Assembly: GCA_044225365.1 (NCBI GenBank)
Contig: JBGAIQ010000004.1
Location: 128,001-192,000 of the forward strand
Direction of reading: 5' to 3'
Source: Planctomycetota bacterium
Lineage (GTDB): Bacteria > Planctomycetota > B15-G4 > JADJEK01
Length of the DNA stretch: 64,000 nucleotides
The translations under genes and the position numbers were made by a program. Numbering within the stretch: the first letter of the stretch is position 1; the number at the start of each line of letters is the position of its first letter. Below, piece by piece: positions 35,746 through 46,582 of the stretch. Under the pieces are notes generated by a model. It had not been told where the DNA came from, made no database searches, and saw only the letters and a program-made list of their open reading frames with translations.

Positions 35746-35919
35746 GGGGACCGGCTCTTTCTCGAATCTTCGAAGACACCCGCGAAACGTGCAGGCGACG
35801 ACCATGTACTTCATCGGTCGGCGATATCATCGGAATCGAGACCCTGTTTCCAATGTAAGCGCGGCGCAACATCGGATCGTCGCGCACGTGACAGGACCCC
35901 TGCGGACGAGTTTCGAAGC

Positions 35920-38900
35920 ATGAGCGATCGGGGACGAGTGAGTCGGGCGTGGACCAATCTGCTCGCGCAGTTGCGTCGAGCCTCGCCGCCGCTTGCCGCC
36001 CTGCTCGAACACCTCGTCGAGCGGCGGATCGACTCGCGCCGCTATCGAATCCTCTCCGAGATCGCGCGGGGCGGAATGGGGATCGTGTTCCGTGTCGTCG
36101 ACGAGGACCTCGATCGCACGCTCGCGATGAAGGTTGCCCGCGAACCTCTGCCTCTCTTCGGCGATCACCTGCCGAACGAGTACGACGCACTCTTCCATGC
36201 GCGCTTCCTGCGCGAGCTGCGAATCACCGGCCAACTGAATCATCCCGGCATCGTCGCTTTGCACGACGTCGGCATCGACGAGCACGATCGCCTCTTCTTC
36301 ACGATGAAACTCGTCGAGGGCGAGAATCTCGCGACGATCCTGCGCGCGATGAAGCACAGCGATCAGAAGTGGACGTTGCCGAGAGTGCTCGAGATCTTGG
36401 TGCGCGTGTGCGATGCAATGGCGCACGCCCACAGCCTGAAGATCATCCACCGCGACTTGAAACCGTCGAACATCATGGTCGGTCGGTTCTCCGAGACGTA
36501 CGTGATGGACTGGGGTCTCGCCCGATTCCTCGACGAACCCGAGCCGCAAGGCGAAGATCCCGACGGCGATCGTCCGGCGCCGCAACGGTCGACGAAGAGC
36601 GCGAGTCTCGACGAGACCCTCGAAGCGCAGACACTCGACGGCGAGGCCGTCGGTACGCCGTCGTACATGGCGCCCGAGCAGGCGCTCGGCGTGCTCGAGC
36701 GCGTCGGGCCGCTCTCCGATGTCTACTCGGTCGGCGCGATCCTCTACCACGCGCTCACCGGCGAACTGCCGTACACCGTTCCGCGGGACGGCTCCAGCGC
36801 GAAGAAGGTGAAACGATCCCACAACGTGCTCTCCGCGGTGGCGTCGGGAGATTGCGCGTCGATCGAATCCCTGAGCCCGAGCGCGCCGCAGGAGCTCGTC
36901 GCGATCTGTGAGCGGGCGATGGCTCGCGACTTCGAGAAACGCTACCCCTCGATGGAGCATCTCGGAGCAGATCTCCGTGCGTACCTCGAAGGCCGTGTCG
37001 TGGCCGCGTTCGAGAGTGGCACCTGGGCCGAGTTGAAGAAGTGGTATCGCCGCAATCGAAAGGTCGCGCTTCCGGCGATCTTGTTCGTCTTCGCTCTCTC
37101 GACCGCAGTCGGCTTCGGGCTGCGCAACAGCGAACTCGTCCAGAAATGGACAAACATCCAGGACTCGACGAGTCGGCGAATTGGATCCCTCGAGTCGGAC
37201 CTCGCGGAGGCTCGTCGGGTTGCGACGCAGGGCGTCGACGCGCTCGCGGCCGCGCAGAAGAACGCCGATGACGCGGCGCGATTGCGGAGCGAACTCCAAT
37301 CGCAACTCGACGCGGCGAATCTGGCAGCGTCGAACGCTCGGAAGAGTGCCGACGAACGCCTTCTCGAGTCGGCGCGAATCACCGAGGAGAACGAGCGCCT
37401 GAAGGGTGCCGCGAGCGAACTGGGGAAGCAGATCGCGGAAGTGAAGCGACTCGAATCGGAGATCGAACGTCTGAAGAACTCCGCACCCACGGCGCAGCCT
37501 GCGAGTCAGGATTCTCGCATCGCCGGCGATGCGGCGAAGGCGGCGGCGGAGATCATCGACGTGCGCGAGCGCCTGGCTCGCATGGCCAGCCCGTTGAAGA
37601 CGGCGGTCGCCGACTACGAGGGCTGGCTCGAGGATCACCGCGCCGCGCTGTCCGACGCCTCCGATTCGATCGCCGCGATCGAAGGACTCGACGATTCCGC
37701 TCCGCCCCTCCTTCGCCACCTGGCGCTCGTCCTAAAGCGATTGCGCGACGACCTGGAGAATGGGAACAACGGCGTGCTCGGACCCGGCCTCGCCCTATCG
37801 AGCCTGGACGTCGAGAAACTCGCGGCGCAGGCGAGGATGCTCGATGGCGTGCGTACGGGGCCTCTCCCCGCCGGCGTGTTGACTTGGGATCAGGCGCGGG
37901 AGGAACTCGCGAAGATCCCGGGATTCGACGGCGTCGTGTTGGGCAGACAGGACGATCTGCTGCCCATCGGCAGGAATCCGGACAGCGGGCTCCTCGAATT
38001 CTGGCACGTCCTGAGCGGCTCGTTGCCGAAACGAGATGCGAAGCGTCGCATCGTGCGGACCGATGGCGATGGCCTCGTCTTCGTCCTCCTACCCGGTGGC
38101 GAATTCAGGATGGGCGCACAGCGCGAACGATCGTCCGATCGCGGCGGCATCGACTTCGATCCTGACGCCGAGGCGAACGAGGCGAACAAGGGCGGCGAGC
38201 CCGTCAAGGTCGCGCTCGATCCGTACTTCATCGCGACGACCGAGATCACGTTCGCGCAATGGCAGAGGTTCTTCCGCCGCGTCGCGCCGGCGCACTTCGC
38301 CCTCGGGTCGTCGTGGGTCTTCGCGAAGGGCGCCGCGCCGGAGATCATCACGGGATCGCATCCCGTCGAAGGCGTCACGTGGGACGAAGCGAACGCGCTG
38401 CTGCCGCGCTACGGTCTCTCGTTGCCCACCGAAGCGCAGTGGGAGTACGCCGGACGAGCGATTCCCGCGCTTTCGAACAAGCGCGGACCGGATCCCGACG
38501 GCGTGCCGTGGTGGTTCGGCGACCACGGCGCGATCGAGAAGCTCGCGAACTTCGGCAACATCCTCGACCACAAACGCGGCGCGCTCTTCATGACGCCTTC
38601 GGCCGAGGATCAGAAGGTCGAGGACGCATTCACCCTCACGGCGCCCGTCGGTTCCTTCGCTCCGAATCCCGTCGGGCTCTTCGACGTGATCGGCAACGTC
38701 TCGGAATGGTGCCTCGACGCCCGCGTCGATCGCTACGACGAACCGCCCCGCGCGGCGGATGGACTGCGCGGACATGGCGATCGAGGGGTCGAGGATCAGC
38801 ATCCCTATCGCGGCGGCGATTATCGATCGACGAGCCATTTCGCTCGTCTGACCTCGCGACGCTTCGGACGGCACGACGAGTCGCTCGACAACGTCGGAGT

Positions 38901-38928
38901 GCGTCCCGTACGTCTGCTGCCGCGTTGA
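35920..38928 (+). CDS. Ser/Thr protein kinase, TM segment, coiled coil, formylglycine-generating-enzyme (SUMF1) domain
   Basis: ARGGMGIV, AMK, HRDLKPSN, DWGLA, GTPSYMAPEQ; LPTEAQWEYA, NPVGLFDVIGNVSEWC, RGG..., GVRP. Confidence 0.92.
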   Translation: MSDRGRVSRAWTNLLAQLRRASPPLAALLEHLVERRIDSRRYRILSEIARGGMGIVFRVVDEDLDRTLAMKVAREPLPLFGDHLPNEYDALFHARFLRELRITGQLNHPGIVALHDVGIDEHDRLFFTMKLVEGENLATILRAMKHSDQKWTLPRVLEILVRVCDAMAHAHSLKIIHRDLKPSNIMVGRFSETYVMDWGLARFLDEPEPQGEDPDGDRPAPQRSTKSASLDETLEAQTLDGEAVGTPSYMAPEQALGVLERVGPLSDVYSVGAILYHALTGELPYTVPRDGSSAKKVKRSHNVLSAVASGDCASIESLSPSAPQELVAICERAMARDFEKRYPSMEHLGADLRAYLEGRVVAAFESGTWAELKKWYRRNRKVALPAILFVFALSTAVGFGLRNSELVQKWTNIQDSTSRRIGSLESDLAEARRVATQGVDALAAAQKNADDAARLRSELQSQLDAANLAASNARKSADERLLESARITEENERLKGAASELGKQIAEVKRLESEIERLKNSAPTAQPASQDSRIAGDAAKAAAEIIDVRERLARMASPLKTAVADYEGWLEDHRAALSDASDSIAAIEGLDDSAPPLLRHLALVLKRLRDDLENGNNGVLGPGLALSSLDVEKLAAQARMLDGVRTGPLPAGVLTWDQAREELAKIPGFDGVVLGRQDDLLPIGRNPDSGLLEFWHVLSGSLPKRDAKRRIVRTDGDGLVFVLLPGGEFRMGAQRERSSDRGGIDFDPDAEANEANKGGEPVKVALDPYFIATTEITFAQWQRFFRRVAPAHFALGSSWVFAKGAAPEIITGSHPVEGVTWDEANALLPRYGLSLPTEAQWEYAGRAIPALSNKRGPDPDGVPWWFGDHGAIEKLANFGNILDHKRGALFMTPSAEDQKVEDAFTLTAPVGSFAPNPVGLFDVIGNVSEWCLDARVDRYDEPPRAADGLRGHGDRGVEDQHPYRGGDYRSTSHFARLTSRRFGRHDESLDNVGVRPVRLLPR

Positions 38929-38931
38929 CGT

Positions 38932-41094
38932 TCAGCGCACGGCCGCAACGCCGGTCGTGATCGCCGCGACGCGGTAGTTCCCGCCCGCGACGAAATCGGC
39001 GCGCGGTGCGGCGTCCTCGCGGCGGAGCAGATGGCCGAGGGCGGCGCAGCTCGCGGCACGGGCTTGCGACCAGGCTTCCGCATCACCCGCGAGGCTGACG
39101 AGGCTCGCCACCGAATTGCGATCGCCCGTGACACCGATCGCCGCAGCGAGCGAGATCACGCTGTTCAGGGTTCGCTCGCCGCGCAACGCCTCGAGGAGTC
39201 GCGGGTTCGAGTTCGTGCTGTGCAGGAGCCGCACGGCCCACGCCACGTGCCCGCGCATCTCGGGATCGCGATCGTCGAAGAGAAGGCTCTCGAGGTCTTG
39301 CCGCGCATTCTCGGCCCCGGCGAGTCCGAGGGCGAGAGCGCAGTAGCCGATCAGGCTCGGCTGGTCGCTTTCGGCGAGGCGCGTCCGCAAGGCGCTCGAG
39401 TGCGATGGATCGCCGAAGAGGCCGAGCGAGAGAGCCGCAGCGCTCGCGAACTCCGGGTTGGTCTCATGCTCGAGCTTGGCGGTGAGGGCGTCCGCGATCG
39501 TGGCCACGTCCGAACTCGCGCGTTGAGCGTCGAGGAAGGAGCGGCCGATCATGCCGAGCGCGAGGCTCGCCCAGGGCTCGTCGCTCTTGTTGTGGGCATC
39601 GCGAATCGTCTGTCCGAGGAACTGGACGACCGACTGCTCGAGCGCGCTGGAATCGTCCGTGGGTTCCTGCGACCCTCGCGCAACGATTTCGCCGAGAGCG
39701 ATCAGAGCGAAGTGGCGAGTGCCGAGGTTGCCGTCGTTCGCAGCTTTCTCGCGCAGCGCGAGAACGACTTCGCGATCCCTCAGTGACGCGAGGCGACCGA
39801 GCGCGATCACGCACGATTCCTGGATCCGTCGCTCCGTCCCCTTCGCAGTCAACTCGCGGAACAGATCCGGGATCGCACTCTCGGCGCCGAGTTCGGCGAG
39901 GGCGATCGGAACCTCCGCGGCGACATCGACCGCGAGCTTGCCATCGCGAAGACGCGCAACGAGGAACGGCGAGCGATCCGCCGCACTGCCGCAGCGAGCC
40001 AGCGAGAGCACGGCGATCTCCGCGAGCTTCGATGACTTCTTCGCGCCGCTGCGCACCGCGTCCTCGAGGGACGGCGCGGCGGACGGATCGCCGATGCAGC
40101 CGAGGGCGAACGCCGCCGTCGCCCGCAGTTCGTCGCGGATCGAGCCGTTCGAGGCGACCGCGATGCGACCGTCGCGATGATCGTCGACGATCTTGCGCAG
40201 CGTCTCGACGCTGTCGACGCATCCGAGCACACCGAGGGCGGCGACGATCTTCTCCTGGCGTTCGCTGGACGCTCGCGGCAGGGAGGCGATGAGGAGGTTG
40301 GCGACGCGCGGCGCATCCTGACGCGGCGCGATCTTCGACAGTGCGATGGCGGCCGCGGCGGCGATCGAGTCGTCGTCCGAATCGAGGCTGCGTTCGAGCG
40401 TCGGAACGACGCGGCGCGAGATCTCGGCATCGGAGAGCATGCGGGAGGCGTTCTCGATGCGGGTGACGCCCGTGCCGCTGAGGAAGCCGTTGCGATCCGT
40501 CGTGGGTTCGACGTCGAAGTCGCCGTCGATCATGAAACGGTGAGCGTTCGCCGCCCACCACGCCTGCCAGGTCTCGTCGAAATCCGTGCGGGGTGCGCGT
40601 CGCGTCAGATCGCCCGGCTGCCGCGCGTAACCCGGTCCACCGCCGCCCGTCGGGGGCCGCACGGTGCCGCCTCGGGGAGCGCTTGGCGCGGGCCCATGCG
40701 GAGGGGTGATCGTCGGACCATGGGTTCCGCCCACGGGTCCGCCCGGCTCATGATCGCGGGGATCCGGACGTCCAGTTGCCGGAATGGGAGTCGGGCGAAC
40801 GTTTCTTGGACCGCCTCCGACGCTTCCGCCGGTGGGATTGCCGGGGGTCGTGGGATCGGGACGACCCGAGCCGCCGCTGCCACCGGTTCCGCCCGTTCCA
40901 CCAGTTCCATCGTGGCCGCCCGCTCCGCCGGTTCCGCCCGTTCCACTGCCCGAGCCGTCGCCCGAACCGCTGGATCCTGAACCACTTCCGGAACCCGACC
41001 CGTCATGCTGCGCGAACGCGAGGCCGGGCATGAGCACGGCAGCGGCGAGTGCGGTAACGAGCAACCACGGCGTCGTCCATGCGGGGCGTAGCAT
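38932..41094 (-). CDS. Exported HEAT-repeat protein with a Gly/Ser/Pro-rich N-terminal linker
   Basis: Signal peptide ending AFA-Q; GSG/GGT repeats; many (R/A)xxAAxALG HEAT-like units. Confidence 0.85.
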   Translation of the reverse strand: MLRPAWTTPWLLVTALAAAVLMPGLAFAQHDGSGSGSGSGSSGSGDGSGSGTGGTGGAGGHDGTGGTGGTGGSGGSGRPDPTTPGNPTGGSVGGGPRNVRPTPIPATGRPDPRDHEPGGPVGGTHGPTITPPHGPAPSAPRGGTVRPPTGGGGPGYARQPGDLTRRAPRTDFDETWQAWWAANAHRFMIDGDFDVEPTTDRNGFLSGTGVTRIENASRMLSDAEISRRVVPTLERSLDSDDDSIAAAAAIALSKIAPRQDAPRVANLLIASLPRASSERQEKIVAALGVLGCVDSVETLRKIVDDHRDGRIAVASNGSIRDELRATAAFALGCIGDPSAAPSLEDAVRSGAKKSSKLAEIAVLSLARCGSAADRSPFLVARLRDGKLAVDVAAEVPIALAELGAESAIPDLFRELTAKGTERRIQESCVIALGRLASLRDREVVLALREKAANDGNLGTRHFALIALGEIVARGSQEPTDDSSALEQSVVQFLGQTIRDAHNKSDEPWASLALGMIGRSFLDAQRASSDVATIADALTAKLEHETNPEFASAAALSLGLFGDPSHSSALRTRLAESDQPSLIGYCALALGLAGAENARQDLESLLFDDRDPEMRGHVAWAVRLLHSTNSNPRLLEALRGERTLNSVISLAAAIGVTGDRNSVASLVSLAGDAEAWSQARAASCAALGHLLRREDAAPRADFVAGGNYRVAAITTGVAAVR

Positions 41095-41185
41095 GGTGAT
41101 CCTCCCAACGGCGACCTGAAACGTTCGGCGATCGATCCCGGATACTCCGCGCCGGCACGCCGGTATCCGTCCGATCTCGATCTAT

Positions 41186-41213
41186 GTTGTCGCGCGCGCG
41201 CGACAGCCGTTGC
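41186..41213 (-). promoter_or_regulatory. Repeated promoter-like motif, copy upstream of the HEAT-repeat gene
   Basis: Minus strand reads (T)GCAAC-N14-CGCGACAAC. Confidence 0.5.
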
Positions 41214-41287
41214 ACACCGTTCCAGGAATTTCTCGAGGCCGCCCGCATAGACCCGGCCAAAGCCGGCTCGCCAGGGGAGTTGCGGAT

Positions 41288-42742
41288 TCAGGCGAGGATT
41301 TCGGTGAGGATCTCGCCCTTCACGTCCGTGAGGCGCATGTCGCGGCCGCCGAATCGGAAGGTCAGGCGCTTGTGGTCGATGCCGAGCAGGTGGAGCATCG
41401 TGGCATGGAGGTCGTACATCTCGGCCTTCTTCTCGACGGCCTTGTACCCGTACTCGTCGGTCGCTCCATAGGCCATGCCGCCCTTCACGCCGCCGCCCGC
41501 GAGCCAGCAAGAGAAGCCGAACGGATTGTGGTCGCGGCCATTGCTGCCCTGGGCGAAGGGCGTGCGTCCGAATTCGCCGGAGAAGACGACGAGCGTCTCG
41601 TCGAGCATGCCGCGGGACTTCAGGTCGGCGAGCAATGCTGCGATCGGCTGATCGACGGCGCGAGCGTTGTCGGCGTGATCGCGCTTCAGATTGGCGTGCT
41701 GATCCCAGCGGTCGTGACCCGGGATCGAGGGACACGTCAGTTCGATGAAGCGCACGCCGCGCTCGACGAGCCGGCGCGCGAGCAGACATTGCATCGCGTA
41801 TTTCCGCGTCGCTTCGAACTCGGACTCGAAGCCATAGCGCCGCTTCAGTTCCTCGGACTCACCCGAGAGATCCATCAGTTCGGGAACGGCGGCCTGCATG
41901 CGGAATGCGAGTTCGTGGTTCGAGATCGCGGACTCGATCGCGTCGTGATGACCCGCGCGCGCGAGCAGGCCCTGATCGAGCCGTCGCATGAGCGCGAGCT
42001 TGTTCGTCTGCAACTCGACCTCTGGTTCGCTCGGACGGATGTTCGCGACGGGGAGCGCGGCAGGTTTGAAGACGGAGCCCTGATGCGTCGCGGGAAGGAA
42101 ACCGCTCGCGAAGCAATCGAGCCCGCCCGGCGGGATGAGCCCGCCGTTCATGACGACGAAGCTCGGCAGATTGTGATTCTCGCTCCCGAGCCCGTAGGAG
42201 AGCCACGCGCCGGTGCTCGGCCTTCCGGCCTGACCGTGGCCGGTATGCAGGAAGTAGTTCGCGTTGGTGTGCTCGGAGAATTCCGACGTCATCGAGCGGA
42301 TCACGCAGAGGTCGTCGGCACGATCCCGCACGAAGGGGAAGAGGTCGCTGATCTCGAGCCCGCTCTGCCCGCCGCGCTGGAACTTCCAAGGCGAACCCAA
42401 TGTCGCGCCGTTGTTGTCGAACTGCGTCGGCTCCATCTTCATCTTGAACGGCTGACCGCTCTCGGCCGTGAGGCGCGGCTTGGGATCGAAGGTGTCCACT
42501 TGCGAAGGCGCGCCATCCATGTACAGGAAGATCACGTTGCGGGCCCGAGGCTGGAAGTGGCACAGACCGAGCGATGAATTCGGCGAAGGCAGGGGCGCAT
42601 CGGCTCCAAACGCGGAGGGCCGACCGAAGAGCGCGGTGAATGCGAGAGCGCCAAAGCCCGTTCCACAGCGTTCGAGGAACTCGCGGCGGGTTCGCGGCGG
42701 CGGAGCGCGATCAGTGCGGTGAGATCTCGTCTTGGGTGTCAT
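41288..42742 (-). CDS. DUF1501 domain protein (Tat-exported)
   Basis: TRREFL Tat motif; VIFLYMDGAPSQVDTFDPKP, ARRLVERGVRF, GEFGRTP, GRDHNP; ATGA overlap with the upstream gene. Confidence 0.93.
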   Translation of the reverse strand: MTPKTRSHRTDRAPPPRTRREFLERCGTGFGALAFTALFGRPSAFGADAPLPSPNSSLGLCHFQPRARNVIFLYMDGAPSQVDTFDPKPRLTAESGQPFKMKMEPTQFDNNGATLGSPWKFQRGGQSGLEISDLFPFVRDRADDLCVIRSMTSEFSEHTNANYFLHTGHGQAGRPSTGAWLSYGLGSENHNLPSFVVMNGGLIPPGGLDCFASGFLPATHQGSVFKPAALPVANIRPSEPEVELQTNKLALMRRLDQGLLARAGHHDAIESAISNHELAFRMQAAVPELMDLSGESEELKRRYGFESEFEATRKYAMQCLLARRLVERGVRFIELTCPSIPGHDRWDQHANLKRDHADNARAVDQPIAALLADLKSRGMLDETLVVFSGEFGRTPFAQGSNGRDHNPFGFSCWLAGGGVKGGMAYGATDEYGYKAVEKKAEMYDLHATMLHLLGIDHKRLTFRFGGRDMRLTDVKGEILTEILA

Positions 42743-45700
42743 CGGAGGAAGTAGAACTCCTTGCCGTTGAACAGGACCTGGCAGAGGTCCGCCAGTGCGC
42801 GATCCTGCGCGTGATCGGGATCGACGGCGCCGTAGTCCTTCTGCTGCGCAGCGAGGAACTCCGCGGCGAGCCGCTTCTCGTCGTCCGCGGGAGCGCGGCC
42901 CAAGGCGTCGAGGTAGATCGTCGCGAGGACGTCGCCCGCGCTCGCCTCGCACTTCGCCTTCACGCGCTGCGCGAATCGTTTCGCCATCTCGATCACGAAC
43001 GGATCGTTCATGAGGATGAGACCCTGCGCCGGGACGTTCGAGATGCTCCGCCGCCCGACGCAGGTCGACGGGAGAGGGGTGTCGAACGCGAGCATGAAGG
43101 GCGACAGGAAATTGCGGCGCACTTCGATGTAGACGCTGCGCCTTCCGCCGCCGTCGAGCGGTCCGCTCGCGCCCGGGCGACCGCGACCGTCCATGAAGTC
43201 GGTGAGCGCGATCGGCACCGACGGGCCGTACATCGTGGTGTCGAGACTGCCCGCGATCGCGAGCATCCCGTCGCGGAGCGCCTCGCCCTCGAGACGTCGC
43301 ACCGATGCGCGATGCAGCAATCGGTTCTGCGGATCGATCCGCTCCGCGTTGGCGTCCGTCGAGTCGCTCGCCATGCGATAGGTCGCGGACATCACGAGCC
43401 GCTTGATGAGCGCCTTCTGCGACCAACGCCCGTCGGTTCGGAACCAACTCGCGAGATGGTCGAGCAGCTCGGGATGGCTCGGCGCTTCGCCGAGCTTGCC
43501 GAAGTCATCGCAGGTCGGAACGATCCCGCGCCCGAACAGGTGATGCCAGACGCGATTCACCGCGACGCGCGCGGGCAGCGGATTGGATTCCGCGAGCCAG
43601 CGGTTCGCGAGCTCGAGGCGGCCCGACCCGTTCTCGCCCATCTTCGGCTGGACGGCGTCGCCGCCCGCCAGCGCTTCGAGGAAGCGACGCGGTTGATCCG
43701 GCCCCGGGTTCATCCACTTGCCGCGGAGGAACACGTACTCGTCCTCGCCGAATCCGTCCTCGATCGCGAGCGCGTGCTGGGGCGCGGGGATCGAGGCTTC
43801 GATCGCGGCGTACTCGGCATCGATCGCGTCTATGCGCGGATCGGAGAGGAGGAAGCGACCGTCGCGCAGCAATTCGGTGCGGCACGCATCGGCCGTGACG
43901 GGGTTCCCCCTGTGTCCAGGACTGGAATTCGCCCGCGATCCCTGCGGGGCGTCGACGAGATCCGGTGAATTGGCGAACTCGATCGAGTCGACGGCGATCC
44001 ATCCTGCGCCCTCATCGAGGATCTCGATGTGGGCGCGGTGGCCCTTGTACTTCGCAACCCGTTGCGCGTGCCATTGCCAGGAGTCACCGACGTTGACGTC
44101 GAACGTCATGCCGTCGAACAACAGCGCGTTGAAGACATCGAGCTCGTAGCTGTCGACGATCACCCGTACCCGGGAGCCCTCTCCCTTCAACCGATACAGG
44201 ATCCAGTCCGAATCGATCGTGAACGACTTGGAACGCAGTGCGCCCTCGAGCTTCTTGCTGTCGACGCCGCTGTGCGCGCACGACGCGAGGATACGCTGCC
44301 GATGTTCACCGAAGCCGAGTCGCCCGGCCGCTGGTGCACCCCCGAAGGCGAAGCCGGACTCTCGCCAGTTCTCGAAGCCCTCGGTGAAGGCCTCGAAGAT
44401 GCGGGTCGACGATTTCACGGTTCGCCGATCGCCGGATTCGGGATCGTCGTCCAGATCGAGGGACGCCGTCCTGGCGAATCGCTCGAGACGAGTTGCGTCG
44501 ACCCCGAAGTTCGAAGCCACCGTCGCGACCTGCGTCGACCATTGCGCGGGATCGAGCATCGACGTCAGTCGAACCGAGTCGATTCCGACCATGTAGGCCT
44601 TCACCGCCGTGGGATTGCATCCCTTGATCTCCGCGACCAACGTGTGCTTACCGGCTCTCCCGAAACGATGCACACCGAGCGGAACGAAGCCCGTCGCGTC
44701 GACATCCAGGGCGAAGAGATCGATCTCCGCACCGGCGGGTTGCCCGTCGACGTAGAACTGGACGATTCCGTAGTCCCGCGCTTTCGTCAGGGCGGCTTCG
44801 ACGCGGAAGTCTCCGGCACGGGGAATCTCGATCGTCAATTCGAGCTGCGATCCGGGATGAGCTCCCGTCCACCACAGTTGATCGTCGTTCGACCACTTCC
44901 GGGTCCCGTACCCACCCATCGGCTGCATGCTCAAATTGCCGTCGTGCGGCGACTTCGCCCAATCGAGATGCGCCTCGAGGCTTTCGCTCGCGCCATCGGG
45001 GGCCGGAACGACCGCAGAAGCATCCCGGTAGGCCTTCGCCGTTCGGTAGGTCGCAACCGGGTCCTTGCCCACGATCTCTTCGAACAGCTTCTCGCGTTTC
45101 TCCCGGAGCGCTTTCAACTCGGAGACTTTCTTCTCGATCGTGCGATGCGGATCGAGGAACGCGGTCTGCTGGTGCGAGCTCTTCATGAAGCCGGCGAGCG
45201 CGTAGTAATCGCGCGTGGAGATCGCGTCGAACTTGTGGTCGTGGCAGCGCGCGCAGCCGACGGTCAGGCCGAGGAACGCCTTAGAGATCACGTCGATCTC
45301 GTTGTCGACGCGATCGGCCTCGTCCTGCCGAGGATCGACCGGCGCGTGCGTCGCTTGCGGGAAGAAGAAGTGCGCGGTCGCGAGCAGCGATTGATTGGTC
45401 TCGTCGTCGGGATCGCGCCGTGGCGGATCGAGCAGATCGCCCGCCAGGTGTTCCTTCAGCATCTGGTCGTAGGGCACGTCGGCGTTGAGCGCCTTGATCA
45501 GGTAGTCGCGGTAGCGCCAGGCCTCGTAGGTCGGGTAGTCGAACTCGTGGCCGTAGGTCTCGGCGTAGCGAAAGAGATCCATCCAATGACGCGCCCACCG
45601 CTCGCCGAAGCGTGGTGACGCGAGCAAGGAATCGACGACCTTCTCGAAAGCGTTCGCCGACGGATCGGTGACGAATGCATCGATCGCTTCCGGCTCCGGT

Positions 45701-46344
45701 GGCAAGCCGATGAGGTCGAAGTAGGCGCGGCGAATGAGCGTCCGACGGTCGGCTTCCGCGGCCGGCGAGAGCCCCGCCTGCTTCAAGCGATCGAGCACGA
45801 AGCGATCGAGCGCATCGCGCGACCAGGAATCTCCCGCGATCGCCGGCGGCTGCGCGGCGCGGATCGGCTGCCAGCACCAGTGCTCGGACTTGCGCTTCTC
45901 GATGTCGACCGGCGCATCCTTCTTCGGCACGGACGAGCCGGTCGCCCCTTGTGCCTCCTTCGTCCACGGCGCGCCGATCTCGATCCAGTGCTGGATATCG
46001 GCGAGGGCGACGTCGGGCAGCTTGCCCTTCGGCGGCATCTGCAGGTGGATGTCGTCGTAGCGAATCGCCTTCATGAGACGACTCTTCTCGGCATCCCCGG
46101 GAACGAGCGCAGGTCCGGATTCACCGCCGGCCAGGAGCGACTCGAGGTGATCGACGCGGAGTCCGGCCTTCTGCTTCATCTCCCCGTGGCAGCCCTGGCA
46201 GCTTTCGATCAGCACCGGGCGGATGCGCGTTTCGAAGAACTGCAGGTCGTCGGGCGTCGGCGGAGCGCCGTGCGCGACGCCCGGAAATCCGAGACCGACT
46301 CCGAGGAGAACGATCCCGTGCGCGAGGGTTTTCGCGTGAGGCAT
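42739..46344 (-). CDS. Planctomycete cytochrome c / PSCyt2 (DUF1549) / PSD1 (DUF1553) protein
   Basis: FFETRIRPVL..SCQGCH; RFGERWARHWMD; CARCHDHKFD; NRVWHHLFGRGIV; PSHPELLDHLA. Central beta-sandwich insert. Confidence 0.93.
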   Translation of the reverse strand: MPHAKTLAHGIVLLGVGLGFPGVAHGAPPTPDDLQFFETRIRPVLIESCQGCHGEMKQKAGLRVDHLESLLAGGESGPALVPGDAEKSRLMKAIRYDDIHLQMPPKGKLPDVALADIQHWIEIGAPWTKEAQGATGSSVPKKDAPVDIEKRKSEHWCWQPIRAAQPPAIAGDSWSRDALDRFVLDRLKQAGLSPAAEADRRTLIRRAYFDLIGLPPEPEAIDAFVTDPSANAFEKVVDSLLASPRFGERWARHWMDLFRYAETYGHEFDYPTYEAWRYRDYLIKALNADVPYDQMLKEHLAGDLLDPPRRDPDDETNQSLLATAHFFFPQATHAPVDPRQDEADRVDNEIDVISKAFLGLTVGCARCHDHKFDAISTRDYYALAGFMKSSHQQTAFLDPHRTIEKKVSELKALREKREKLFEEIVGKDPVATYRTAKAYRDASAVVPAPDGASESLEAHLDWAKSPHDGNLSMQPMGGYGTRKWSNDDQLWWTGAHPGSQLELTIEIPRAGDFRVEAALTKARDYGIVQFYVDGQPAGAEIDLFALDVDATGFVPLGVHRFGRAGKHTLVAEIKGCNPTAVKAYMVGIDSVRLTSMLDPAQWSTQVATVASNFGVDATRLERFARTASLDLDDDPESGDRRTVKSSTRIFEAFTEGFENWRESGFAFGGAPAAGRLGFGEHRQRILASCAHSGVDSKKLEGALRSKSFTIDSDWILYRLKGEGSRVRVIVDSYELDVFNALLFDGMTFDVNVGDSWQWHAQRVAKYKGHRAHIEILDEGAGWIAVDSIEFANSPDLVDAPQGSRANSSPGHRGNPVTADACRTELLRDGRFLLSDPRIDAIDAEYAAIEASIPAPQHALAIEDGFGEDEYVFLRGKWMNPGPDQPRRFLEALAGGDAVQPKMGENGSGRLELANRWLAESNPLPARVAVNRVWHHLFGRGIVPTCDDFGKLGEAPSHPELLDHLASWFRTDGRWSQKALIKRLVMSATYRMASDSTDANAERIDPQNRLLHRASVRRLEGEALRDGMLAIAGSLDTTMYGPSVPIALTDFMDGRGRPGASGPLDGGGRRSVYIEVRRNFLSPFMLAFDTPLPSTCVGRRSISNVPAQGLILMNDPFVIEMAKRFAQRVKAKCEASAGDVLATIYLDALGRAPADDEKRLAAEFLAAQQKDYGAVDPDHAQDRALADLCQVLFNGKEFYFLR

Positions 46345-46582
46345 GTCGACGAAGCCTCCGAAACGGCGTCGAGCCGGCCCAGTGAGCCCCGCGCCCCGAT
46401 GCGCGTGGCTCCATTCGGCCGGAAACGACGACCGCAGGCATTCTGCCACAGGATTCCACCGCCGGGAGGACTCATTCCGGGCCGAGCTGCGCCCTCCTCG
46501 TCACCCCGACGCAGGTCGCACCGTGAACGGTCATCTAGAATCCGATTCTCGAGACTCTTGAATCCCGGAAGCCCCGCGCGGC

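Noticed and set aside
38700-38928. FGE C-terminus as a diversity-generating retroelement target
   Set aside because: No reverse transcriptase and no template repeat are seen in the window.
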